A stretch of 64,000 bases of DNA from Vicugna vicugna (GCA_013265495.1 MU058017.1:381919-445918); one strand, 5' to 3'. Shown: positions 41,161-56,662, counted from the first letter of the stretch. Notes: generated by a model not told the origin, from the letters alone. Program-made: numbers and translations.

Positions 41161-41390
41161 ATCATGTGGATGCAAAAATTACTATGTATAAAATAGATAA
41201 ACAGCAAGGTCTTACCGTATAACACACGGAACTATATTCAGAACCTTGTAGTAGCCTATAATGAAAAAGTGTACATATACACACACACACGCACACACAT
41301 ATATATAAATGTGTGACTGAATCACTATGCTGTACACCAGAAATTAACACATTGTAAACTGACTATATTTCAATAATAAAAAAATTTCTT
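41161..41390 (+). mobile_element. Young cetartiodactyl/camelid-type L1 3' tail
   Basis: TATGTATAAAATAGATAAACAGCAAGGTC...GAACTATATTCA...ACTGAATCACTATGCTGTACACCAGAAATTAACACATTGTAAACTGACTATATTTCAAT; possible TSD core ATCATAAA on both sides. Confidence 0.85.
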
Positions 41391-42814
41391 TTTAAATCAT
41401 AAAGTCACAAGTCTTACAGCTTAAAGTATCATTGGAAATCATACGGTCAAACTATTATTTACAGATGTGAAAACTGAGTCCTAACTAAAACAAGTGGCTT
41501 TCACAAGGTCATGCAACTTAATGATGAGCTGACATCAGAAGAGGGCCAAGTCCCAATTAGGTTTATAACCTAAAACCTCTTCTACTCCAGAGATAACCAT
41601 CTCTGATACTTTTTAACTAATAGCAGTCTTTCAGAGAGCTTGGCTTGCCCAGTATTACCAGTGATAAATTTGGGATAGATCATTTTTTGTGGATGGAATC
41701 GCCCAATACAAATATTCTCTATAAGCTCACCTAGCTCTAAATATTTGATTATTGCTCTATGTATTATTCAAGGATACCCTTCACTACATGGATACATATT
41801 GTTTCAATCTCCAAAATGTTTCTTCTCTTCTAGCCAGACCAGTCTATTTATGATCCCACAAATGTTTATTCCACTGACAAATCTTTCCCGTATGCAAAAT
41901 GATCTCCCTCTCCTTTATATTTATGCAACTCCTATTCACTCTGCAAGACCTAGTGTTCTATCTTCCCTCACTTGTCTGACCTCATGAATATTCCTTTCTT
42001 CTGAACTCCCACAGCCCACAAGGCTAGTCCACAAGCAGAGAACACACTTATTACTGGTATGGTGTTCTCCCCATTATTTCTTATGTACATTTCATCTTCC
42101 CAATTAGATTTATGGCCCCTTGAAGACAAGTACCATGGCTTTAGGCTTTCAAATCACAGTGGAGCAGAACGGTGTGATGGAGGCACTCAGAGCAGGTATT
42201 CAGTTCACACTCAGTTGGCTGGGCAGTGAGGTGGAAAAGAGAGCGTTGTCTTGTTTCTTTAACCATTCTCGATTAACTTGAGACTCCACAAAGCTAATAC
42301 AAAAACTTAACGTCAGTTTGACTGACGTTTTGAACTAACTAGAACTAATTGGGGAGGGCAGGAAAGGATGGCAGACAGGCTGCTTCTAGTCCCATCCTAC
42401 AATCTTTTCTTTGAAATGTAGAGAAAATCCACTTGAGACGTCCCAGGTGGCTGATAGCTGTTTTTAAATTAGGTCTTCACTTCTGCAGCATCAATTTCTG
42501 GCAGTAAGTCTGCTCTTAGAAGTGAATCTTTTTTTCTAGGGTAAGAAAAGTTTTATTGAATTCATGTGATGAAAGACGAAACTCTACGAGCCAAAATTAG
42601 TTTAAAAAAATCAACTGCATACTTACTTGTACCAGAATGCTTCAGCTTCCATATAAGCATGAAGTGACATGGGCATGTCTTAGGAAAAAATTTCTTATCC
42701 TAGCTTCTTTTCCTTTAGCATGTATTTATTAAGTGCACCATGACAATAGCAAAAATGATCACAATGACAAAATATGAAGTATTAAATAAACATAACTAAA
42801 AAGTTAAGAATGCA

Positions 42815-42990
42815 AACAACAATGTCCTACCTACAAGGTCCCTATAGCATAGGGAACTATATTCAACAGTTTGTAGTAAACTGTAATGAAAAATATATAC
42901 ATATATATATATAACTGAATCACTATGCTGTACACCAGAAATTAATACATTATAAATCAACTATACTTCAATCTTAAAAAATGTTTTAAA
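42815..42990 (+). mobile_element. Second copy of the same L1 3' tail family, with TSD
   Basis: TATAGCATAGGGAACTATATTCAA...ACTGAATCACTATGCTGTACACCAGAAATTAA; TSD AAAAAGTTAAGA at 42798-42809 and 42991-43002. Confidence 0.85.
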
Positions 42991-42995
42991 AAAAA

Positions 42996-43240
42996 GTTAA
43001 GAGTCCAGATTCAAAAGTCCATCCAGGTTTGAATTCTGGGTTCATAACTTGGTAACTGTGTGGGCAAGTTGCTTAACATTTCTCTGCCTTACTTTCCACA
43101 CCTAGTAAGTAGGAAAAATAATAGAACTAACTCAGAGATTTATTGTAAGGATTACAATGAGATACTGCATGAAAAAACTGTAAATATGCAGCCCATTGTA
43201 AGCATTCACTCAATGTTAGCTATTTATCATTGCTAGTATT
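42996..43240 (+). mobile_element. MIR SINE
   Basis: GTTAAGAG...GGTTTGAATTCTGG...GGGCAAGTTGCTTAAC...TCTCTGCCT...TTGTAAGGATTA...AATGTTAGCTATT. Confidence 0.85.
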
Positions 43241-43419
43241 ATCATTATTAAGTTCTTATAATAAGTCAGGAACTGTGCTGAATAGTTTATATATACTTTA
43301 GCAGATACAAATTTTGTAAAAATTTGTGAGTATATTCACCAATATGCTTCAAACACCAAGAGGAGTTCCTAGCCCACATAGGCATGGAATAAATGACTGT
43401 TGAATGAATGAGTGGTTTC

Positions 43420-43870
43420 ACTAACTCCTCAGCACAGCCTTACAATGTGTCAGGCACCCAGAATGTAACAGTGAGCAAGACAACGTCCCAACCTTCAGGT
43501 CTGGTGCAGAGGGAGGGGGGCCATGCAGGAAAAGCAGAGAAGCCAACAGGCAATTCTTATACAGGGTGACCACTCTGATAAGACAGTACAGTGCATTTGG
43601 GAAACTCAAGGAAACAAGTCTTTCTGGACAAAATGACATTCAGACTGAGCTATGAAGGATCTGTTAACCTGCAAATTAGAAGTCACTGAATATGGCAAAT
43701 CTGGCAGGCGAGAGGTTGCGGGCACTTCCTTTTACTGTGTGTAGTTTAGCACAGATGAAGTGAGACGGGGAGAGAGGGAGCCTCAGAGGTCAATAGCGCT
43801 CTAAGTGCAGTACCAGCGATGTGAACGATCCTAATGGCAAGGAGGTCATTTAAATGGCTTTAGAATGATG
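43420..43870 (-). mobile_element. L2 fragment
   Basis: ACAATGTGTCAGGCACC...GTGAGCAAGACA...TGACATTCAGACTGAGCTATGAAGGAT. Confidence 0.6.
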
Positions 43871-46800
43871 ACTGGTGGCTTCTTCCATCTCACTAGGTTC
43901 TAAGAGTTGTAACATTTGCTTTTAGCTACATTGCCTTTGGTGTTCATTTGCCTATTTACACATCTGTGAGCCCACGTTGCTCGAATTACAATCACTTATG
44001 GTTTTCAGATCCAGGCCTATTTTTGACCATCTCTGTGGCAGTGGTCTCCAAGACCAAAGCTATCTTGAATCTCCTGAACCAAAAGTCTGAGGGCAGACAA
44101 TTCTTATCAAGAGTAGATCCAATGGGATCTGTTACTTTGCCGTAGAACGTCTCACTTGGCTCTCTCCCCAATACCATATGTACCAATCTCTCTGAGCTAA
44201 GGTTATAGCAAAAAAGGCAAGTTAACTTTTTGTACATGGCTGACCCAGCCTCAGAACAAGTATATCATATGATTTTCTAATATTACATGACAGGTGGAGA
44301 ATTTTCAGGGAAGGAGATAAGTGGCAAGATGTGGAACAAAAAGTTCCAGAATCCTGTTTATCTTCCATTTAACATATTCTTAATGCCAATTTTTACTATG
44401 CACATATACTATATTACTCTGGATTTCCTAGATGGTCCCTCAGCTAACATGAATTTTTCTTTCTGGAATTCAAGGTGATAACAGCACATAAGGATAATAA
44501 TGATATGCAGATCTTCAGGAGGAAATTTCAAGGGAATTGTATTCACCAAAAATCAGCCTTTCATATAAATTTGTCACGTAATTTGGCATAATTACTTGAG
44601 AAAACTTAAATTCAATCTTTTCTATCACTCTGAGCCAGGCAATGTAGCTAAAAGCAAATGTTACAACTCTTAGAACCTAGTGAGATGGAAGAAGCCACCA
44701 GTCATCATTCTAAAGCCATTTAAATGACCCCCTTGCCATTAGGATCTGAGCCATATGTGAATTGGTTTATCACTGCATATGGTTTATCACTGCAGAATGA
44801 GCTCCTTAGTGGTTACTGTATTAAGAAAATTAAAAAAAACAGGCTATGTTCAAAACCCAGAACTGAGTACTGGACTATGAGCTAAGAAAAGGCAGTCTTT
44901 GCTTTCGAAATGAAAACTGGGGAGAGGGGCAGATTATTTAAGTCAAGACCTTAGAAGGATGGTGAGGAATTTCAGAGAACCAAAACAAATAGGGGGAAAG
45001 AGTTCCATGGTGATGCTCTTAGCCCCAGTTTTCCCTCACTGCTTTGTTTCAGTGTGACGAGAGGAATAAGGGAAGAGAAAGACAGGCAAGCAAGGGGCAG
45101 GAGGGGAAGAGTGGGGAACTGGATGAAAAGAAAGGGAAGAAAAGATGGAAGGCATGGCGGAGAGCACTCTCAGAACCATTCTGAATTAGGGGGTAGCACT
45201 AAAGAGAGGGGAGCATAGGCATGCCATCCCCTGCTCACAGTCAATTCCCACACCAAGCCAGGAGGCACGCCCACTGGCCCAAAAGTGCAAATGTTACTCA
45301 CGGACATGCAATGGGAGTTCTATGGTGCCAGATGGCAAAAACATGACAAGAACCACTAGAAACACCAGCTGATTGCTAAGCAGTCCAGTCAGCCAGCCAC
45401 TGAGTCCAGAGCACTTGCTTTGTGCTCAGGTGGTACGAGAGCCTCACTGCAGCTTAGGTGGACAGGGCTGAAAGGAAGAGAGAGGGGCCTGGTGATGCCC
45501 ACAGTGGGCAAAGTAAATGGCTTAAACTCCAAGTAGATTCGTTGTTTGAGGCAGAAAATAAATTAGTGACAACCTGGTAAAGCAGCAGCATGGCTCAAGC
45601 TTACACAACTTTCATCACATTTGGATATCTGGAGTATGATGAAATTCAGACTGTCCTTGTTTAATTAGTCATGAGGTTTGACAAAGAACATTTTTCAAGT
45701 CAGGAAAGGGGAAACCAGGCTTGTGCATGAAAATATGAAAGAGCAGAAGAAAGTATCCACCTTTCTTATAAAATCCATGAGAATATTTCAGCAGGCGCTG
45801 GGTTTCTTAAGTGAGGGAGGTGCTGTGGCTAACCCTGATGTGCCGTTGAATGCTTAATTCAAAGTTCAGTGGAAGTTTAAAAGGAAATGAAGTGAAAATT
45901 GATCACTCAATATATAACCACTTGGAGAAAGAGATCCACCCCCAAAATATTTCTGCCATGGACTTTTTTCAATGCCCTACTTTTGAAAATTCTTTCAATA
46001 ATGTAAATTTTTAAAAAATTCCATGCTACTTAAGTGTTTGAAATAAAGGAATTGCCTTTTAAAGAGAACCCTATGTGTCATCATAAAAAGACCTCAGGGC
46101 ATGAAAGATGGGAAACATATCCATGTGGATAAAGAAGATGGAGCATTACAGAGTCCTTTCCAGTGGATTGAAAGCTACTTAATGAAAACACTCATATATT
46201 ATATGAGTGGCTTTGAGAAAACATTCAGGCAATTAATAAACTGAAAAATGATTAAGCATACACAAAAACCCATACCTTTTGTCATGAATGTGTCATATAA
46301 GCAGAAATAGGTACCCAAGGGGACTTACATTAAAATATGTAAGCTATACCTTAAAAAAAAAGTTTCATAGAGTTTACAGTCTCTTGTTTGAGAAATCGGT
46401 GATAGGATGACACACATTGACCACTGTGCATAAGAATAGTGGTAGTTAAGGGAAAATACCCGCTCTTTCTGGCCAAAGGACTACTGAGAACTTAGACATG
46501 GAATTGTTGAACATTAAAGGTATATAAAGCCTTAAAATTCTTTTGTCCTTCTTCTCACTTTATAGTTGTGAAAAATAAGACATTCCCCCCAGTGTGACAT
46601 CTAGAGGTAAATTCCTGCCTCTGGATTAACAGGCTATTAACAGATTGAGACTATCATCTCACCCATTCCAAGAAAGTATAAAATATAAATTCCAATTTCC
46701 TTTTAGATTTTTAGGATCTAATAAATAAGATTTGATTGGAACTAGAGAAATGGGATATCTTGAAATGCCAATGTTTATAGAATGAATCTTGTGAAATCAA

Positions 46801-47689
46801 TTATGGAAATTCACAATTTTAAGGGATTTTAGAAGATTATCTTCTCTTGAGAAAAGACCAGAAGTCAGAATTTTTAAAAAAGAAAAGTATAAATAGATGA
46901 CATCTGAAATAGAAGTGCTTTGTGTCCAGGAAAGAAAGAAGCCTGAGGTGTGTTTAACAGCTGTATTCAGAATAGCTATTGGGGGTAGTACACTCACTAA
47001 TGAGGAAAGAAGAGGAAATGAATTTAAATTACAACCAAAGGAATTTAAGTCAGATGGAAAGATCTTATTTGCAGTGAGGGTTTTATAAACCCTGGAAATG
47101 ATTCCTGGGGAAGTTTTTAAATTCTCTATCTGGATATATTTAAGGGAAGAGAGATACCTATCAGCCTAGGGTGGTTGAGGTAGAAACCTGCCTGGAATTT
47201 GCTTTCAGCTGAACTCTGTAAGTCAAGATTAGTCCTCGACAATGTTCAGATGTCAAAGACACCAAATACTAGACGATGGCAAAAAATGTTGCCCTTTATT
47301 AAAAAATAAACTCACCCAAAGTAATAATTTCCTTGGAAAATCAATTGGCATATGTTAGTTGGTTGTAAGTGGAATGTACAGTTATAATACATTCTGGTTT
47401 TTATTTTCTTTTTAGCCTCATTTCCAGTGGAAAGAAGGCTTATGAAATCTCTGGCAGGCTATGCCCTGCTTAATACTTTTTATTTTCATTCTTTTGACGG
47501 TTACAACCAAATTTCTTAGAAGAAATTAGACCTCAGTAGCAATGCATGTGCCTCCAGAGTAAATACTTGTGAAGCAAAAAAAAAACCAACTTTCCCCCAA
47601 CTCCAAAGAAACACTTGTTTCCCTTCTAACTGAAATAAGCAGGATGATTGCACCACTACCATCACCCTCTCCCTCCTTACCCTCACACA

Positions 47690-47990
47690 GACTCCAGCAA
47701 GTTCTCTGCAACTTGCAGAATTTCCCCTCATTTCCAGCACATAAGCAGCACTTGTACTCACAGTTCATACTGAAATTCTCTAATTTGTTGTACTGCTCTG
47801 TTTATACAGCTGTGTGTCTGTTTGCCCCATTGTGTTCACCACATCTATTGTCTGGTTTTTATTGTGAGCTCCTGGAGGTGAGGAATGCAGTCTGTTCAAT
47901 TTGCTTTGCACAACACTGCGCATGCACATTGTGTTTGATAGTGATGGTTCCTGGCATGACTGGATGTTCGCTCAATCAATCAATCAATCA
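47690..47990 (+). mobile_element. L2 3' fragment
   Basis: ATTGTGAGCTCCTGGAGGTGAGGAATGCAGTCTGTTCA...CCTGGCAT...GCTCAATCAAT. Confidence 0.6.
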
Positions 47991-50559
47991 ACTCCATGGA
48001 TTGGTCAAAGCTGGCAATGAGTCATCCCGGGGTCCTCTATGCAGCACACGAAAGCCATAATGAGTGTCAGGGACCATAAGGAATTGAGCAGCATGGAAAA
48101 GCGTCCAATCAACAACTGGAAAATCTAATAAGCCAGGGCCTGAGATGCACAGAAAGTAAGACTGCATTTCTCTGGGAGCTTTCCCACCACTATTACCCTT
48201 CCTTCCCTGGTATAAAGCCTAGTCTTGCTGGTGTTCTCAGTTCAGAGCAACATCTGTCAGATTTCAGACACTCCACAGAAGACTATCAAGTTTACAGTCT
48301 CTTGGATTTTTCATTTCTTTATGTTTACAACCCAGAAGGAACAGAAGTCATTTTCACCAGAACTAATATTTTTCCCTTCCTACCAACCCTTGCACAATCT
48401 CCCTCCAACCTTGCTTTATGCCAGACTTCCTCACTGACCCCAGAGGACAGAGACAAGTTGATTCAAGTTTCTTAGTTGGGTTAAAAATTTCCAAAGCCTG
48501 TTCAGCCCTCACTAGCTTCAAAGTTACGTCAAAGGACAAAATGACTGATAAAAACCCTTCCCTGAGGAAAAGCACAGGAAGTGACATTTCATTTAACTGA
48601 ACAAATATTTTCTAGGTACCAATTATGAGCTGCTTGTGTGCTGGGGAGAGAGAGGGGAGAAAAAGATAAACTCTATCTTCAAAATGTGTGTGTGTGTAAT
48701 GAGTTATTTTAATTTTTTTAAAATTTTATTAAATGATCTTAAATATAAGAAAATTACTTTACTGTAGAATCATGGTAAGGATTTAATACATATGTAAAAT
48801 ACATGATCTAATATATATATAAAATATACTTAGCACAGAGCCTGCCATGTAAGATATCCTCAATAAATATCACTTCCTCCTTCCTTATTCCAAACCAGTA
48901 GGAATTTCAGACATACTTTAGATCTTTAGATCTTTAGATCTTTTCAGTCCTTTCTTCTACCAGATCATGTATACTTTCGAACTGTGTGACCATAATGTAG
49001 GTTTTATAAAGGAAAATGAATGCCTGACTGTAATGTACTTAAAAGAAGGCCAGTCCACAATCCAGATCTTCAATGGTGGCTAAGGACAACTATAGGAGAT
49101 TTTTTTTCCCTCTCTCCTAATTGACTAGGATTTAGTTGTTAATTCAGAACTGACCCTGATTCAGTAGGTATGGAATTTCCCAATCCTAGTTTTATCTGAG
49201 ACGGTACAACCCTAAATTTTTGTAAAAATCAGCTGGAGGATAGAGTTCCTTCGGATGGGTGGAGAAAGGGAAATGACCCTCCCACCCCTTCCTCCAGCTC
49301 TCCAAACATTACTAACAAAACCAAATCAGATGTACTACTCCATGAGACTGTAAGAATAGCTTCCAGGAACCTCAAGGTACCTCACCTAATGGTCTTTTTC
49401 TAAAGTGCTGGCATTTCTAAACAACTTAAATGTACAGTTCCTATGGAAATCTTGTGCCCAATTTAAAAACACTTTTAAATCAGTGAACATTTTCCATGCT
49501 CCAGACAATTGCCATGAATCAGTAAAATAGAGTGTCCCTTGAGAAACTTGAAACTACACACTGGGAAAATGTCAGTGAGATAAGAACAGGCAGTCCCTTT
49601 GTTTTGCTGATTCCTGCTTCATTGATCTTCCTCAATATTGTGTGAGAGAACAGCGTCCGTCTTCTCACGGCCTTGACTCATTTGCTGCACAGTCATGTAA
49701 GGACTAAATGAGACTATACAGACAATACAGTTAGCAAGTAGACTGGCCCAAAGGAGTACATGTTTAATAAACATGTACTTCTTTCCCTTCAAGAACCATA
49801 AGAATGTGGCCTGCCTGCTCTGTGGGGGAAATTCAAAACTGGTGGGGATAGGCTATGTGGAAACACATGCCAAAACGTGTGCCCAAGTGTCTGAATGTTA
49901 TATCATTTCTGAAATCATGTGGCCTATCTATAAATAGCAATTCAGATTTTTCTCATGAATTTTAGAGAAATAGATCTCACTACTGTAGAATCCTGTGATC
50001 ATAGCTGGCCATTGAGATTCAACCACTAAGGTTCCTGCAATTCCAGAGTCAATGACACCAAGAGAAACAGCTTTAACTCTCATCCACTCAGTGGCGCAAT
50101 TAAGATATCTCCTCGTTCCAGAGGTTTATATTAAACCAGCCACAAAAAAATGAAACCCTGTTTTCAACACAGTCAGTGCTGAAAGAGGAGTCTTTCACTA
50201 AATGTGTTCCTTATCCAGTAAATAAATCACATGTTCAGCAGCAATAAAAATATCGGTGGGAAGTGTACATTCTTCAGTTCAGAGCAAGGAGCCTGTTGAG
50301 TTGTGGTATAGTTTTAAAAGTACCTTATTTGACATGGGAGCTCTCATCACACTCCTGAAATAATTTTACATTGTTGTGATTTTGTTTGCTGTGTTTTTTT
50401 CCTCAAAATGTAAACAATGTATTTTAATTAAAACCATCAAAGCTTTTAAAAATGCCCATAAAATTTACAATGTCTGAGGGTTTTTTTTTTAATGGTGTCA
50501 AATGCTGTCTCTTTTGCACTGTTAAATTCTGTGAATCAAAAGTACAAAAAGTATGTGCA

Positions 50560-51227
50560 AGGCATCCAGCAAATATTTATGGAACACCTACCATATGCCT
50601 TGCAGCAGATGTTACAATGAACAAAACAAGTTCCCTGCTCTCAAGGAGGAGTGGGGAGAGAGGAAGGGTTAGGTGCTGAGGCCGAGTATGAATGAATGAA
50701 ATGTATGAGGAAGTAGGGAATATATAAATGCTACTGTGCGATGAAAGAGAATTAGATTAGAGATACATGAATATGAGTGGCTTCAGATTAGATGGTTAGG
50801 AAAGACCTACCTCTCTGTGGAAGTGCTACGTAAATTGAGATTTAAATGGTGAAGGGCCCAGCCATTCAGGGTCCTGGAGAAAAAGCCTTCCAGGCACAGG
50901 AAAAACAAAGGCCTGAAAGTGGGGAGCAGCACGATGTTTTCCCTAAGGAGAAGGCCAGTGTGGCTGGGGAATAAAAGCCAAGGGGGAGGGGGGCAAAACC
51001 AGGAGGTAGGCAAAGTAAGGATCATATGAGGCATGGAAGCCAGAAAAGAAGTTTAGGTCGGTTCCAAGTGCTATGGGGAGCTACTGGGTGCGATAGCTGA
51101 GGTGTTAAGCAGGTGAATGACATGATCTGACTTACCTTTCCAAAGTTCACCCCCATCTGCTGCGTGGAGACTGGAGCAAGAGTAGATACATTTTTAAGGC
51201 AACTGGAACCACTGAAGAGTTGTAAAC
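50560..51227 (-). mobile_element. L2 fragment (host of the retrocopy; appears to resume after 53190)
   Basis: CATCCAGCAAATATTTATGGAACACCTACCATATGCC...GATGGTTAGGAAAGACCT...TTAAGCAGGTGAATGACATGATCTGACTTAC. Confidence 0.75.
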
Positions 51228-51238
51228 AAGAAAATCTG

Positions 51239-53180
<1,942 letters not shown>

Positions 53181-53547
53181 AAGAAAATTTGATTCATTTA
53201 TTTTTATTTTCGTTTTTAAGATTTCTCTGACTATGGTGTAGAGACTGGACCAGGGAGGAAAGGGGTACATAGAGGGAGCCAGAAGGGAAGAACTTTTAGT
53301 GAATTTAGAAAGGAATTTGAATTTGGATGTGGAGCTTAGATGGTGTTCTTGGATTATAAGAAAAGAGACAACACTTACTGAGGAACTGTTATGCTTATTT
53401 TTGTATACATAATTTTATTTATTTATTACTACATCCAGTGGAGTAGTTACTTAGCCCATTTTTCTTACATGAAAACTCAGAGATAAATCAAATTTCCAAA
53501 TTTCCAGCAAAAGTAAATGGCAAATCCAAGATTCAAAGCCTGGTCTA

Positions 53548-53708
53548 GGGGGAGGATATAGCTCAGTGGCAGAGCGCATACTTAGCATGCATAAGGTCCT
53601 GGGTTCAATCCCCAGTACCTCCATTAAAATAAATAAATAAACTTAATTACTTGCCCCCACCAGAGAAACCAAAAAATCCCCACAAACAAATAAAAATAAG
53701 TAAATAAA
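53548..53708 (+). mobile_element. tRNA-derived SINE (camelid vic-1 type) inserted in a MIR
   Basis: GGGGGAGGATATAGCTCAGTGGCAGAGCGC (A box)...GGTTCAATCCC (B box); A-rich tail; perfect TSD CAAAGCCTGGTCTA at 53534-53547 and 53709-53722. Confidence 0.92.
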
Positions 53709-53899
53709 CAAAGCCTGGTCTATGTAATCAGTTTTTTCAATTCTACTATGGTATTCCCAGGTCAGAATTAACAAATAACATACCTTTAAATTTTAATTCT
53801 AAAGAATAAACTGATATTCTATAATATAAAATACATAATTTATTTAACTGTATTGATTGACATTAGCTCATTTCTGTACTTTTGCTCCTATAACTAGAA

Positions 53900-54350
53900 C
53901 TGTGATAAACATTTTATATATAATTTTATCTCATTTCTGATTACTTAACTGAATTCTTAGATTCCTAGCAGTGTCAGAGAATAGGGTATTTTTTAAACTC
54001 TGGACATGTAATATTAATTTATTTTCTGGAAAGGTTGTGCAGTTTATACTCCCACTTTACCCAAACTGACATTTAATATTATATTTTCACCTTTGCCAAT
54101 TTGATAACCAAATTTTTAATTCCATTGTTTAATTCACATTTCCATTACTTACTAAAGAGGTTGAACAGTTTTTTACATCTTTTTTAGCCTTTTTATTTTT
54201 CTTTTGTGAATTTTATGTTCATTTGATTGCTCATTTTTAAATATGGTGTTAGTATTTCTTTCTTGATGATTTGCAAGAGCTCTTTCTATAGGAAGGATAT
54301 TAAGATTTTGTCACTTTTGGCAAATAACTTCCCAGCGTGTCCTTTACATT
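53900..54350 (-). mobile_element. Ancient L1M (ORF2 3' region) fragment
   Basis: CTGGAAAGGTTGTGCAGTTTATACTCCCAC...TTTGCCAATTTGATA...GAGGTTGAACA...GATTTGCAAGAGCTCTTT. Confidence 0.7.
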
Positions 54351-54397
54351 CAGTTTTTAAATTTTTATTGTAGAAATATCACAAATAAAGAGGGGCA

Positions 54398-54890
54398 TGC
54401 TCCAGTTATCTGATGCTGCATAATAAGCCACATCAAAATGCAGTGGCTTAAAATAGCATACATTTTATTTTATCTCACAGTTTTACCGGTCTCAGCCAGG
54501 AGATTTTTATCTCTTGTGGCTTATTCACCTTGTAGATTGGCTCACCTGTAGAGTCTCAGATGGCCTTACTCACATGTTTAGTGCCCTGGAAGGGACAGAA
54601 GGAAGGCCAAGCTCTGCTGGTATTGCCAACTGGAGCATATAAACGTGGCTGCTCTTGCACGGTGGCCTCAGGCTGGTCAGATACCGAACTGGAGGCTCTG
54701 GACTCTAAATGACAGTATTCCAGAAACAAGGCAGCAGCTTCATGGCCTTTTATGACCCAGCCTCAGAAGTTACATAGTGTCACCTCCACTGTGCTCTTTG
54801 GGTCAAAGCTGTCACAAGCCCTTCCAGACTCAAAAGGAGGGAACACAGAGGAGGGTCAAAGAATTTGTGGCCATGTTTTCAAACTTTCAG
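54398..54890 (-). mobile_element. ERVL-MaLR solo LTR (MLT1-type)
   Basis: CAGTTATCTGATGCTGCATAATAAGCCAC..CAAAATGCAGTGGCTTAAAA...CCTTTTATGACCCAGCCTCAGAAGTTACATAGTGTCAC...AAGAATTTGTGGCCATGTTT. Confidence 0.8.
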
Positions 54891-56454
54891 AGGGTATAAA
54901 ACATTTTAAGGAATAAACAAATTCCACTTCACTTTTTAATTTTGTCAATAACATTTTTAATAAGCAACTAGTTATTCAGTGCATTAACTTATCTCCTTTT
55001 TCTTCTTTGTGATTTCTTCCATTGCTTTGTAATTCATTTTTTAAAATTATTTTCAAAGTGTGTGTCTACAGAATCAAGGCAATAATCAGTTACTATATTT
55101 GCAGAAATGACTTTATGGTCTTTAGGCACTTTAAGTACTATGTATTGGGGCTGCATTCATTTAATTTAACTCTTAATCCTTTCATCCTTAAACTTCCATC
55201 AGTGATACACTGGAAAATTCATCTAAAAATTCAGGTTGACCATACATTTAACTATGCAGTTGCTGTGTGGAGGTGGAAAAAAAAAGAAGTGTGACTAGTT
55301 CTTGCTTAGAACTTTGCCACAGTTCTGGTTCACTCTTCCAAAGAGAACTGAAATACAATAAGCTACATTTGGCCTGTGTGGCGAGCGAGTGGTACCCATC
55401 AGTTGTTGCAATGATGCTCAAATATTGAATAATTTGATTAATTTCATAAATCTGATTTTAGCACTCTTTCTTCAGATGTTCTGAATGGCAAAGCAAAAAA
55501 GGTATCCTCCCATTTAATTAGTAATTATTGTAAAGGATGTTCTTCTGGCTAATACAGAAGAAAGAACTCCTTGTAAGCATACATTATAAAAACTTAATAA
55601 GTTCTAAATGCTGATGGTCGTCTCATGTTCTAAAAAGTTACACTGATGTCTTCAAGTTATTTTCTCTGCTTCCAATAGCATTTCAAAAACTAGTGTTGTC
55701 ATCTGAGTATGGAACTGTGAAAGCTATATAGGGAGAAGCAAATGAATAAATGTATAACACACAGATAGCATGATCTTCAGTGTTTCTACTTATCCTGTGT
55801 ATCTTTCTCCTATTTTATTTTCACCATGTCCAGAAAAAAAGTGAATTTTGGAAGAAGAACACATTGGAAAAAATCCTATTCCCTAATGCAGTTAATCACC
55901 ATGGCGGCGAGAGCCGTAACTAATTTTTTTTCAACGTTTTATTTCCAACACTAAGCACTTTGCCTCACACATAGTTGTCAATGAATACTTATAAAAGAAT
56001 GATTTGAGGAGAGGCACAAAAGTATTCACCAGTCTGTTCCTGTGATCTAGTCTCATCTGGAGACTTTCTTCTTCATGAAGGCCACTGTGTTCGTGGAGTA
56101 TCTCCACCATATCTGTCTCTGATAACTGTTGGTCACACCACACAAGCCATGGACTGGAAAAGGTGGCCCCTTGAGTCCGTTTACTATCGTTGAAATTTAT
56201 TAAGAGAGATCATTTGGGATCCTACAGCTTTCCAGAGACAAAGGGTCTCAAATCACTTACGGTTAACCCAAACTTTACATCTGAATATCCACAAGTCGAG
56301 CCCAAGTTCAACTGGATCCACCCTTCAGGCCCAAGTCCACATGTCAGAGCCTGGGCCTTGTGCTCTGGGGACACTTGTGAACATTTCAGCAGCTAGGACC
56401 AGCCAAGTACTTCTTCATTTCTTGTTGAACACAGAATACAGATAAACCCTAAAA

Positions 56455-56662
56455 ATATGCTCTTCAATACAGTAGGCATTACCCACAAGTGAATAAATCC
56501 AAATTAAAGTTAAAGAAAACTAAAAATTCAGCTCCTCAGTTGGACCAGTCACATTTCAAGTGCTCCACAGCCATATGTGGCTAGTGGTGACCACACTGAA
56601 CAGAGCAAACAGGAAACATTTCCTTTACCACAGAAAGTCTTACTGAATAGCACTGCTCTAGA
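56455..56662. mobile_element. MER3-like hAT-Charlie element
   Basis: AAAATTCAGCTCCTCAGT...CACATTTCAAGTGCTCCACAGCCATATGTGGCTAGTGG...CAGAAAGT...AGCACTGCTCTAGA. Confidence 0.85.

Noticed and set aside
44763..44794. Direct repeat TGGTTTATCACTGCA x2 (similar short duplications at about 48917-48942 and 59558-59589)
   Set aside because: Only two or three adjacent copies without unique spacers; ordinary slippage duplications, not a CRISPR-like or other array
47569..48060. 163-aa plus-strand ORF
   Set aside because: Non-ATG start, overlaps an L2 relic, and has no protein-like features
53548..53622. tRNA gene
   Set aside because: The tRNA-like head is followed by an A-rich tail and flanked by a TSD, so it is a SINE
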